Shown: one piece after another, positions 34,806 to 43,148 of the stretch | Numbering within the stretch: the stretch's first letter is position 1 | Layout of the letters: each line of letters opens with the position of its first letter | Assembly (NCBI GenBank): GCA_035500135.1 | Contig: DATJXL010000089.1 | Coordinates: forward strand, 7,645 to 71,644 | DNA length: 64,000 nt | DNA from: Kofleriaceae bacterium | Lineage (GTDB): Bacteria; Myxococcota_A; Polyangia; Haliangiales; Haliangiaceae | Reading direction: 5' to 3' | Made by a program: the position numbers and the translations under genes | Notes under the pieces: generated by a model | Seen by the model: only the letters and a program-made list of their open reading frames with translations | Told to the model about the DNA's origin: nothing | Databases searched by the model: none

Positions 34806-37096
34806 AGACGAGCTGCCCGAACTGCGGCGCCGAGGTCGAGTTTCGCTACGACGACTCGTTCGTGCGCGTGTGCGACCACTGCCGGTGCGCCGTGCTGCGC
34901 ACCGATCGCGGCGTCGACTCGCTCGGCCAGGTCGCGGATCTGGTCCCGATGGACTCGCCGCTCGCGCTCTTCGCGGACGGCCATCTCGGTAGCGCCGGCT
35001 TCCTGCTCGTCGGCATGGCGCAGATCCGCCACGGCTCGGGCGGGCTGTGGCAGGAGTGGTACGCGAAGCTGGACGGCGGCAAGTGGGGCTGGCTCGCCGA
35101 GGCGCAGGGCCGCTACTACCTGACGTTCGAGGAGCCGGCCGCGGCGCTGCCGCCGTTCGAGTCGCTCGCCCCGGGCCAGGCGATCGAGCTGCCGGTGCAC
35201 GGCGTGTCGCGTCGGTTCACGGTCTCCGAGCACGCGGGGGCGGCGTACGTCGCGGCGACCGGCGAGCTGCCGTACAAGCTCGTGCCCGACGGCAGCTTCC
35301 GGTTCGTCGATCTCGACGACGGCGCCGGCACGTTCGCGACGATCGACTACGGCGACACCGGCGACGCACCGGCGCTGTACGTCGGCCAGCAGGTCACGCT
35401 CGACGAGCTCGGCATCCGCGGCGGCGAGCACGGCCCGTCGCGCGACGCGAAGATCGCGAGCCAGCGCCTCGCGTGCCCGAACTGCAACGCGCCGATCGAG
35501 CTACACGCACCGGGCGACGCGCAACGCTACGCGTGCACGTCGTGCAATCACCTGATCGCGCTCGACGGCAACCTGCGCGTGCTCGGCGGGCTCCCGCACA
35601 AGGCGTCGCCGTCGATCCCGCTCGGCAGCGTCGGCAAGCTGCCCGAAGGCGAGCTGACCGTGATCGGCTTCGTGCAGCGCAGCGCGCACGTCGACGGCGC
35701 GTGGTACCCGTTCGAGGAGTATCTCTTGTACGCGCCCGCCGTCGGCTTTCGCTGGCTCGTGTGCTCGGACGGCCACTGGAGCTACGTCCAGCCGGTCGCG
35801 GTCGGTGCGGTCGAGGCCGGCGTCACGGGCTGCCGCTACGACGGCGTGAAGTTCACGCGCTTCACGGGTGCGCCGCTGCGCGTCGATCAGGTCCTCGGCG
35901 AGTTCTACTGGCAGGTCGAGGTCGGCGAGACGGTCGACAGCGAGGATTTCATCGCGCCGCCCGCGATGCTGTCGTCGGAGACGACGCGGAGCGAGACGAC
36001 GTGGTCGCTCGGCACGTACATGACGATCCACGACGTCCAGCACGCGTTCGGCGACAAGAACCTGCCGATCGGACCGACGATCGGCGTCGCGCCGAACCAG
36101 GTCGATCGCAGCGAGCGCGCGGCGCGGTGGATGGCCGGCGGCGTGGGCGTGATGCTCGCGATCGGGATCGTCGCCGCGACGGTCGCGCCCGATCACCTGG
36201 TCTACGAGCACGCGATGGAAGTGCACGCTGGCTCGGCCGCGCCGGTCGCGCAGACCCAGCCGATCGCGGATGTCGGCACGCCTGGAAGTGGCGACGCGTG
36301 CGCGCAGTATCGCGTCGCCGTGCACAGCCTGCTGAGCTGCGAGGAGATCCCGAAGGAGTCGCGTGACTCGCTGGTGTCGGCGTTTCCGCTCGATTCGAGC
36401 GACGCTGTGGTCTGCCAGGCAGGCGTGGATTCGGTGAAGCAGATCCTCGCGCGCACCAAGTGCGAGCTCGGCAGCGCCAGTGGCAGCGGCAGCAGCACCG
36501 TCGCCGGCAGCGGAAGCGGCAGCAGTAGCGGCAGCGGCAGCGGCGAGCTGGAGGCTCCCAACGTGTTCTTCTCCGATCCGTTCCAGCTCGACTCCGGCCA
36601 CAACGTCGAGGTCGAGCTGAGCTCGCCGGTCGACAACGACTGGGTCTACGCCGCGGCCGATCTCGTCAACCAGGACACGGGCGATGTCGTCGAGGTCGAG
36701 AGCGACCTCGAGTACTACCACGGCATCGACGACGGCGAGGCGTGGAGCGAGGGCTCGCACCGGTCCACCACCGTGGTCGGCCCGCCGACCGGCGGCACGT
36801 ACATCCTGCGCGTCGAGGCGCAGCACGGCGGACACGGCGAGACCAGCCTCGCGATGGCGATCCATCAGGGCGTGTTTCGCGGGACCTACCTGATCCTGTT
36901 CCTCGGCGTGCTCGGCATCCCATGGCTGTTGCTCGGGCTGCACGCGTGGTCGATCGAGAAGCGGCGCTGGGAGAACAGCACCCGCGGCAAGCCGCCGGTC
37001 ACGTCGTTCACGATCGTGGTCGCGATCGCCGGTGGTATCGCGTTCGTGATCTGGGGCCTGTTCAAGCTGGTCGCGCGGAGCAGCAGCAATGACTGA
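34802..37096 (+). CDS. 764-aa membrane protein: 2 x (Zn-ribbon + DUF4178-like domain), TM, Cys-containing and beta-rich extracytoplasmic region, two C-terminal TM helices
   Basis: GTG at 34802 overlaps the speH stop (GTGA). CPNCGAEVEF..CDHCRC and CPNCNAPIEL..CTSCNHLI. LWQEWYAKLDGGKWGWLAEAQG and AWYPFEEYLLYAPAVGFRWLV resemble DUF4178. TM at AARWMAGGVGVMLAIGIVAATVA. GS-rich linker. Confidence 0.8.
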   Translation: MKTSCPNCGAEVEFRYDDSFVRVCDHCRCAVLRTDRGVDSLGQVADLVPMDSPLALFADGHLGSAGFLLVGMAQIRHGSGGLWQEWYAKLDGGKWGWLAEAQGRYYLTFEEPAAALPPFESLAPGQAIELPVHGVSRRFTVSEHAGAAYVAATGELPYKLVPDGSFRFVDLDDGAGTFATIDYGDTGDAPALYVGQQVTLDELGIRGGEHGPSRDAKIASQRLACPNCNAPIELHAPGDAQRYACTSCNHLIALDGNLRVLGGLPHKASPSIPLGSVGKLPEGELTVIGFVQRSAHVDGAWYPFEEYLLYAPAVGFRWLVCSDGHWSYVQPVAVGAVEAGVTGCRYDGVKFTRFTGAPLRVDQVLGEFYWQVEVGETVDSEDFIAPPAMLSSETTRSETTWSLGTYMTIHDVQHAFGDKNLPIGPTIGVAPNQVDRSERAARWMAGGVGVMLAIGIVAATVAPDHLVYEHAMEVHAGSAAPVAQTQPIADVGTPGSGDACAQYRVAVHSLLSCEEIPKESRDSLVSAFPLDSSDAVVCQAGVDSVKQILARTKCELGSASGSGSSTVAGSGSGSSSGSGSGELEAPNVFFSDPFQLDSGHNVEVELSSPVDNDWVYAAADLVNQDTGDVVEVESDLEYYHGIDDGEAWSEGSHRSTTVVGPPTGGTYILRVEAQHGGHGETSLAMAIHQGVFRGTYLILFLGVLGIPWLLLGLHAWSIEKRRWENSTRGKPPVTSFTIVVAIAGGIAFVIWGLFKLVARSSSND

Positions 37097-37331
37097 GCCC
37101 GCCGCGCGTCCACCCGATCATCCGCCGGTGCCGCGTCCCGGCCGCTCGGCGCGCGTGATCGCGGCGATCGTGTTCACCGCGATCGCGTGCGGCGGCTACG
37201 GCGCGATGGCGTACACGCAGCGCGAGCTGTGGGAGCCGCAGCACGACGAGGTCCCCGCCAGCGTGCGGACCTCGCCCGGCGGCTACCGCTCGTATCACTT
37301 CTGGCACACCGGCTATCACGGAGGCAAATAG
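37089..37331 (+). CDS. 80-aa single-TM protein
   Basis: The ATG overlaps the upstream stop (ATGACTGA). RVIAAIVFTAIACGGYGAMAY helix. GC3-rich. The terminal GGAGG serves as SD for the next gene. Confidence 0.55.
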   Translation: MTEPAARPPDHPPVPRPGRSARVIAAIVFTAIACGGYGAMAYTQRELWEPQHDEVPASVRTSPGGYRSYHFWHTGYHGGK

Positions 37332-37553
37332 ATGAAGCTCGACAACATGGGAGACGCGGCCGTCTCGTCGGCGGTGTTCGCCGGCATCGGTCTCGCGGTG
37401 TTCGGAATCGCGTTCTGGCTCATGACAAAGCTCGCGCCATTCTCGGTCAAGAAAGAGATCGAGGAAGATCAGAACACGGCGCTCGCGATCATCATGGCCG
37501 GGGTGATCATCGGTGTCAGCCTCATCATCTCCGCAGCCATCTCCGGGCAGTAG
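37332..37553 (+). CDS. DUF350 (YjfL-like) small membrane protein
   Basis: 73 aa, two helices. KKEIEEDQNTALAIIMAGVIIGVSLII matches the DUF350 pattern. The ATG abuts the previous TAG. Confidence 0.8.
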   Translation: MKLDNMGDAAVSSAVFAGIGLAVFGIAFWLMTKLAPFSVKKEIEEDQNTALAIIMAGVIIGVSLIISAAISGQ

Positions 37554-37581
37554 CTCGGGGCCGCCGATCGCGGCGGGCGCG

Positions 37582-39072
37582 TTGTACGCCAACGTGTTCG
37601 TCGTCGCGATCTGCGGCCTCGTCTACGAGCTGCTCGCCGGCACGCTGGGCAGCTACTTGCTCGGCGATTCGGTCACGCAGTTCTCGCTCGTGATCGGGCT
37701 CTACCTGTCGGCGATGGGCGCCGGTGCGTGGCTGTCGCGCAAGCTCGACGGCGATCTCGCGCGCCGGTTCGTCGAGATCGAGCTCGCGGTCGCGATCGTC
37801 GGCGGGCTGTCCGCGCCGGTGTTGTTCCTGTCGTTCGGCACGGTCGTGCACTTCCAGATCGTGCTGCTCGGGTTCGTCGCCGCGATCGGCGTGCTCGTCG
37901 GGCTCGAGCTGCCGATCCTGATGCGCCTGCTCGAAGGTCAGATGGAGCTCAAGGACCTGGTGTCGCGCGTGCTCACGTTCGATTACATCGGCGCGCTCGC
38001 GGCGGCGCTGATGTTCCCGCTCGTGCTCGTGCCGAAGCTCGGCCTCGTCCGCAGCTCGCTCGTCGCCGGCGTCGCGAACGCGGCGGTCGCGCTGTGGGGC
38101 ACGTGGCTGCTCGGCTCGCGGCTCGGCCCGCGCGCGTTCGGCGTGCGCGTGCGCGCGATCGTCGTGCTGGTCGCGATGCTCGTCGCGCTCGCGTTCGCGG
38201 ATCGGTTCACGACCTGGGCCGAGGACGAGATGTACGCCGATCCGATCGTGTTCACCGAGACCACGCCGTATCAGCGCATCGTCGTCACGCGCGGCCGCGC
38301 CGGCTTCCAGCTGTTCCTGAATGGAAATCTCCAGTTCTCGTCGGCCGACGAGTACCGCTATCACGAGGCGCTCGTGCACCCGGCGATCAGCGCGGCCGGC
38401 GGCGCGCCGAAGCGCGTCTTGATCCTCGGCGGCGGCGACGGGCTCGCGCTGCGCGAGGTGCTCGCGCACGCGTCGGTCGAGCAGGTGACGCTCGTCGATC
38501 TCGATCCGGCGATGACGTCGCTGTCGAAGAAGTTCCCGGCGCTCGCCGAGCTCAACCATCACTCGTTCGACGACCCGCGCGTCACCGTGATCAACGACGA
38601 CGCGATGGTCTGGCTCGACGACCATCCCGGGCAATGGGATGTCGCGATCGTCGACTTCCCCGATCCGAACACGTTCCAGCTCGGCAAGCTGTACACGCGC
38701 CTGTTCTATCGCCGCCTGCTCGCGCGCATCGCACCGGGTGGCGCGGTCAGCGTGCAGGCGACGTCGCCGCTGTTCGCCCGGCGCTCGTACTGGTGCATCG
38801 TCGAGACGATGCGCGCCGCCGGGTTCGCGGTGCGGCCGTATCAGGTCACCGTGCCGTCGTTCGGCGTGTGGGGCTACGCGCTCGCGCGCCGCGAGCCGTT
38901 CGATCCGCCGCGCGCGGTGCCGGCGCTGCCGCTGCGCTACCTGAACGAGGCCGCGCTCGCCGCGATGTTCGAGATGCCCGCCGACACGACCGAGGTGCCG
39001 GTCGAGATCAACCAGCTCGATAACCAAGCGCTGGTGCGGTACTACGAGCGCGAGTGGCGGCGATGGGAATAA
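37582..39072 (+). CDS. speE: Polyamine aminopropyltransferase (spermidine-synthase-like) fused behind a ~7-helix membrane domain
   Basis: Catalytic part has VLILGGGDGLALREV, VTLVDLDP and VAIVDFPDP. Track start 37513 (GTG) lies inside DUF350, where this frame has poor GC3. I prefer the TTG at 37582; the start is uncertain. Confidence 0.85.
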   Translation: MYANVFVVAICGLVYELLAGTLGSYLLGDSVTQFSLVIGLYLSAMGAGAWLSRKLDGDLARRFVEIELAVAIVGGLSAPVLFLSFGTVVHFQIVLLGFVAAIGVLVGLELPILMRLLEGQMELKDLVSRVLTFDYIGALAAALMFPLVLVPKLGLVRSSLVAGVANAAVALWGTWLLGSRLGPRAFGVRVRAIVVLVAMLVALAFADRFTTWAEDEMYADPIVFTETTPYQRIVVTRGRAGFQLFLNGNLQFSSADEYRYHEALVHPAISAAGGAPKRVLILGGGDGLALREVLAHASVEQVTLVDLDPAMTSLSKKFPALAELNHHSFDDPRVTVINDDAMVWLDDHPGQWDVAIVDFPDPNTFQLGKLYTRLFYRRLLARIAPGGAVSVQATSPLFARRSYWCIVETMRAAGFAVRPYQVTVPSFGVWGYALARREPFDPPRAVPALPLRYLNEAALAAMFEMPADTTEVPVEINQLDNQALVRYYEREWRRWE

Positions 39073-40631
39073 GCCGCCGCGAGTTCACGGCGATGCTGCT
39101 CGGCGCGCCGCTCGCGTACGCGTGCGCGCGGCGCGGACCGGCGCGCATCCCGCCCGGCGCGCTCGTCGAGACCGGCATGCGGCGCGGTCACGCGGCGGTG
39201 CGCGACGCGCGCGCCGTACCGGCCGTGCCGAGGTGGCGGCGCGTGAAGGTCGCGATCGTGGGCGGCGGTGTCGCCGGGCTGTCGGCGGCGTGGGAGCTGC
39301 GCCGGCGCGGCGTGACCGACGTCGTGATCGTGGAGCTCGACGACGTCTTCGGCGGCACCGCGCGCGGCGGCGAGTCGAGCGTGACGCCGTATCCGTGGGG
39401 CGCGCACTACATCGTCGCGCCGCAGCGCGACGACGATCTCGCGGCGCTGCTCGCGGAGATGGGCGCGATCGAAGGTCACGCCGCCGATGGCTCGCCGATC
39501 GTCGACGAGGCGCTGCGCTGCCGCGAGCCCGAGGAGCGCGTGTGGTGGCAGGGGCGCTGGTGGGAGGGCCTGTACCTCGACGCCGGTGCGAGCCCGGATG
39601 ATCGCCGGCAGCTCGCGGCGTTTCGCGCCGAGATCGATCGCTGGGCGGGCTGGCGCGACGAGCAAGGCCGGCGTGCGTTCGCGATCCCGCGCAGTACGGC
39701 GAGCCCTGCGCCCGAGCTGGCCGTGCTCGATACGTATTCGTTCGCGCACTGGCTCGACGCGCACGGCCTGGTGTCGCCGCGCCTGCGCTGGCTCGCCGAC
39801 TACGCGTGCCGCGACGACTACGCGCTGACCGCGGCGCAGACCAGCGCGTGGGCCGGCATCTTCTACTTCGCGGCGCGCCAGCGCGCGCCCGGCGCGGCCG
39901 CGCAGACCGTCGTGACCTGGCCCGACGGCAACGCGTCGCTCGTGCGCGAGCTCGCGCGCGGCGCGACGATCGAGCGCGGGCTCGCGGTGGTCGACATCGA
40001 CGAGGTCACCGGTCGAATGATCGCGGTCGGCGACGCCGGATGGATCGGCTTGGAATGCGACGCGATCATCTCGTGCGTGCCGCGGTTCGTGGCGAATCGC
40101 GTGATCCGCGGCCGGCGAGGGCAGAGCCACGGCGATTACGGCGCGTGGACGGTCGCGAACGTGCACCTGCGCGCGCGCCCGATCGAGCGCGGCCGCGGGG
40201 CGCCGCCGGCCTGGGACAACGTATTTCGCGACAGCCCGAGCCTCGGCTACGTGTGCGCGACCCACCAGCGCGGGCGCGATCGCGGCCCGACCGTGTGGAC
40301 GTGGTACTACGCGTTCGCCGACGACGATGCCGCCGCCGTGCGCCGCAAGCTCGCCGGCGCCGGCTACGACGAATGGGCCGAGGTCGTGCTCGCCGATCTC
40401 GAGCGCGCGCACCCCGACGTGCGCGAGCACGTCGAGCGCATCGAGGTCGCGTTCTGGGGTCACGGCATGATCCGACCGCGCGTCGGCGCGATGTTCGGCG
40501 CCGATCCGACCGTGCCGATCGGCCGCGTCCACTTCGCGCACACCGATCTGAGCGGGCTCGCGCTGTTCGAGGAGGCGTTCGATCACGGCCTGCGCGCGGC
40601 GCGCGAGGTCGCGGAGGCGCTGACGGCATGA
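39063..40631 (+). CDS. Tat-exported FAD-dependent amine-oxidase-like oxidoreductase
   Basis: MGISRREFTAMLLGAPLAYACA (twin-Arg signal). VKVAIVGGGVAGLSAAWEL dinucleotide fold. The ATG at 39063 overlaps the speE TAA (39070-39072). Confidence 0.8.
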   Translation: MGISRREFTAMLLGAPLAYACARRGPARIPPGALVETGMRRGHAAVRDARAVPAVPRWRRVKVAIVGGGVAGLSAAWELRRRGVTDVVIVELDDVFGGTARGGESSVTPYPWGAHYIVAPQRDDDLAALLAEMGAIEGHAADGSPIVDEALRCREPEERVWWQGRWWEGLYLDAGASPDDRRQLAAFRAEIDRWAGWRDEQGRRAFAIPRSTASPAPELAVLDTYSFAHWLDAHGLVSPRLRWLADYACRDDYALTAAQTSAWAGIFYFAARQRAPGAAAQTVVTWPDGNASLVRELARGATIERGLAVVDIDEVTGRMIAVGDAGWIGLECDAIISCVPRFVANRVIRGRRGQSHGDYGAWTVANVHLRARPIERGRGAPPAWDNVFRDSPSLGYVCATHQRGRDRGPTVWTWYYAFADDDAAAVRRKLAGAGYDEWAEVVLADLERAHPDVREHVERIEVAFWGHGMIRPRVGAMFGADPTVPIGRVHFAHTDLSGLALFEEAFDHGLRAAREVAEALTA

Positions 40632-41668
40632 AGCGCTGGCTGTTCTCGGCGCCGATCGATCTCGCCGTGTTCGGCGGCACCGCGATCGTGGCGCTCGCGC
40701 TGGTCGCGCTCGGCCCCGCGCTCGGCGTGCACGGCCGCGGCGACGCGCCGGAGTGGTCGTGGATCACGGGCGTCTTGCTCGTCGACGTCGCGCACGTGTG
40801 GTCGACCGCGTTCGTCGTCTACCTCGATCCGGCCGAGCTGCGCCGCCGGCCCGCGCTCTACGTCGGCGCGCCGATCGTCGCGTTCGCGAGCGGGATCGCG
40901 CTGTACGCGCTCGGCGAGGCCGCGTTCTGGCGCGCGATCGCCTACGTCGCGGTGTTTCACTTCATCCGCCAGCAATACGGCTGGGTGATGATGTATCGCG
41001 CGCGCACCGGCCAGCGCGACGTGCTCGGGCGCTGGCTCGACGGCGCGACGATCTACGCGGCGACGCTGTACCCGCTGATCTGGTGGCACGCGTCGCTGCC
41101 GCGCGCGTTCTCGTGGATGCGCGACGGCGACTTCGTCCCCGGCCTGCCGGCGTGCGTGATCGCGCCGGCGCGGACGATCTATGTCGCGCTGGTCGGGTCG
41201 TATGTCGTGCGCGCGTGCTTCGAGCGCCCGGTCGCGTGGGGCAAGCACGTCGTGGTCGCCGCGACCGTCGCGTGCTGGTACGTCGGCATCGTCGCGACCA
41301 ACTCCGACTACGCGTTCACGGTGTCGAACGTGTTCGTGCACGGCATCCCGTACATGGTGCTCGTCTACCTGTACGCACGCGCCGCGGCGCGCGAGCGCGA
41401 ATCGGCGCACGGCCTCGCGGCCCGGCTCGTGCGGCGCGGCGTGCTCGTGTTCCTCGCGACCCTCTGGCTCGTCGCGTACCTCGAAGAGCTCGTGTGGGAT
41501 CACGCGGCCTGGCACGAGCGCGCGTGGCTGTTCGGCGGCAGCTTCGACCTCGACCGCGGCGCCGTGTTGCTGGCACCGCTGCTCGCGGTGCCGCAGCTCA
41601 CGCACTACATCCTCGACGGCTTCCTGTGGCGTCGGAGGTCGAATCCGCGGCTGGGGCGCTTGCTCTAG
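40628..41668 (+). CDS. 346-aa polytopic membrane protein with His-containing TM motifs, unknown family
   Basis: The ATG overlaps the previous stop (ATGA). 8-9 hydrophobic helices. Motifs VDVAHVWST, VFHFIRQQYGW, NVFVHGIPYM, QLTHYILDGFLWRRR. Real part of shadow ORF 39806..41668. Confidence 0.7.
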   Translation: MKRWLFSAPIDLAVFGGTAIVALALVALGPALGVHGRGDAPEWSWITGVLLVDVAHVWSTAFVVYLDPAELRRRPALYVGAPIVAFASGIALYALGEAAFWRAIAYVAVFHFIRQQYGWVMMYRARTGQRDVLGRWLDGATIYAATLYPLIWWHASLPRAFSWMRDGDFVPGLPACVIAPARTIYVALVGSYVVRACFERPVAWGKHVVVAATVACWYVGIVATNSDYAFTVSNVFVHGIPYMVLVYLYARAAARERESAHGLAARLVRRGVLVFLATLWLVAYLEELVWDHAAWHERAWLFGGSFDLDRGAVLLAPLLAVPQLTHYILDGFLWRRRSNPRLGRLL

Positions 41669-41669
41669 G

Positions 41670-43061
41670 CTAGTTCGCCTCGAAGATCTCCCAGTACTGC
41701 GTCGGATCATCGGCGGTCGGATCGGATTCGATCGCGAGCGTGTGCGTGTTCACGGCGAGCGACGTGCCCTGGCCGAGGTACTCGTTCGTCAGCCGGTAGA
41801 CGCCGTCCGTGATCGGTTCGAGCAGCCAGTACTGGCCGCTGTAGTTCCCGGTCTGCGCCATCGTCCACGTGTCGAACGCCATGCCTTCGCCCTGGTAGCT
41901 GTTCGTCAGCCGGTAGTATCCGCCGCCGAGCGGGCTCAGCTCCCACCATTGGCCGCTGTAGTTGCCGGTCGCGGCGATCACGCCGGTGTCGAGCGAGTAG
42001 CTTCCGCCGAGCGCGACGTTCTGGATGTGAAACCACTCCGCCGGCGACGCGAACGTCGGGCTCGGGTTCGCACATGACAGGCTGCAGCTCGACAGCATGT
42101 AGCTCGGGTTGGCCTGGCACTGCGCCTCGAACGCCCACAGCGGGCACGAGGCGTTCGCGTCGGAGGCGTCGAACGCGATGCCGGTGATCGACGCGACGTC
42201 GCCGACGTTCGCCTGGCCGCCGAAATTCCCGTTGACGAACTCCCAGCTCAGCTCGGCCCAGCCGCCGTTGCCCCAGCCGGTGCCCCACGAGTTCAAGATC
42301 CACACGCCGTTCTCGTCGTACGCGAACGCCGCGATCGCGTGGCCGCCGCGCGACGACTCGCCGTCGCTGGGCGGGCCGACGAGGTAGCTCGACGACGTCG
42401 CGCCGTCGAACTCGGGATAGACCTGGATCGACAGGATCGCGGGCCGGCCCGCCGCGAGCGTGGCCTCGATCGCTTTCTGGACGCCGCCCGACAGGTTGCT
42501 CTGCTTGTAGCCGGTGATCTTGAACCGCCCGGCATTCGACTTCTGCGCGCTCGTCGGCTGCGTCGCGCAATCGAGATCGAACTGCATCGGCTCGTAATCG
42601 GTCTGCGTGTCGACGCCGTGGCTCTTCATCATGCCGAGCACGTGCTCGACGTACGATCCGTTGTCGCAGTTACCTGCCACGATCTGCGAGTACAGGAACA
42701 TCGGCGCGAACGTCGCGCCGGTATAGCCGTCGTGGTTCGCCCACCAGCCGAGCGCGCTGTGCGCGCTCGACCACGTCGTGCACGAGCCGGTGTCGCCTTG
42801 ATCTCCCGGTGGCGGCGCTTCACTCGACAGATCGACGCTCGACGGCACCGACAGCACCGGCTCGGTGTCCGATCCGGTGGTCGGTGGAAGCATCGCGCCC
42901 GTGCCGTGATGCACGGGTGATCCGGTCGCGGCGGCGTGCACGGTCATGGCCTGGCCGCCGCCGAGTGCGGCGGGCAGCCGGACGGCGATCGGCTCGTCCT
43001 GCGCGGTGGCGCAGGCGGCCAGGACGCTCGCGCCGATGGCGAGCGCGAATTCGATGCGCAT
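41670..43061 (-). CDS. Lipoprotein: papain-like (C1) cysteine peptidase + 4-Cys ShK-like module + ricin-type beta-trefoil lectin
   Basis: SVLAAC lipobox. Catalytic QGDTGSCTTWS, GGHAIAAFAY and LNSWGTGWGNGGW. CPLWAFEAQCQANPSYMLSSCSLSC. Three QxW repeats (GQWWEL, GQYWLL, TQYWEI). Confidence 0.85.
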   Translation of the reverse strand: MRIEFALAIGASVLAACATAQDEPIAVRLPAALGGGQAMTVHAAATGSPVHHGTGAMLPPTTGSDTEPVLSVPSSVDLSSEAPPPGDQGDTGSCTTWSSAHSALGWWANHDGYTGATFAPMFLYSQIVAGNCDNGSYVEHVLGMMKSHGVDTQTDYEPMQFDLDCATQPTSAQKSNAGRFKITGYKQSNLSGGVQKAIEATLAAGRPAILSIQVYPEFDGATSSSYLVGPPSDGESSRGGHAIAAFAYDENGVWILNSWGTGWGNGGWAELSWEFVNGNFGGQANVGDVASITGIAFDASDANASCPLWAFEAQCQANPSYMLSSCSLSCANPSPTFASPAEWFHIQNVALGGSYSLDTGVIAATGNYSGQWWELSPLGGGYYRLTNSYQGEGMAFDTWTMAQTGNYSGQYWLLEPITDGVYRLTNEYLGQGTSLAVNTHTLAIESDPTADDPTQYWEIFEAN

Positions 43062-43148
43062 GCGGTCAACCCTTCATGACGGCGGCGCGCGGTAGACGCG
43101 CGTGTACGGCGGACATTCAACCGGACACGATGAGGTAACCTCAGCGCA

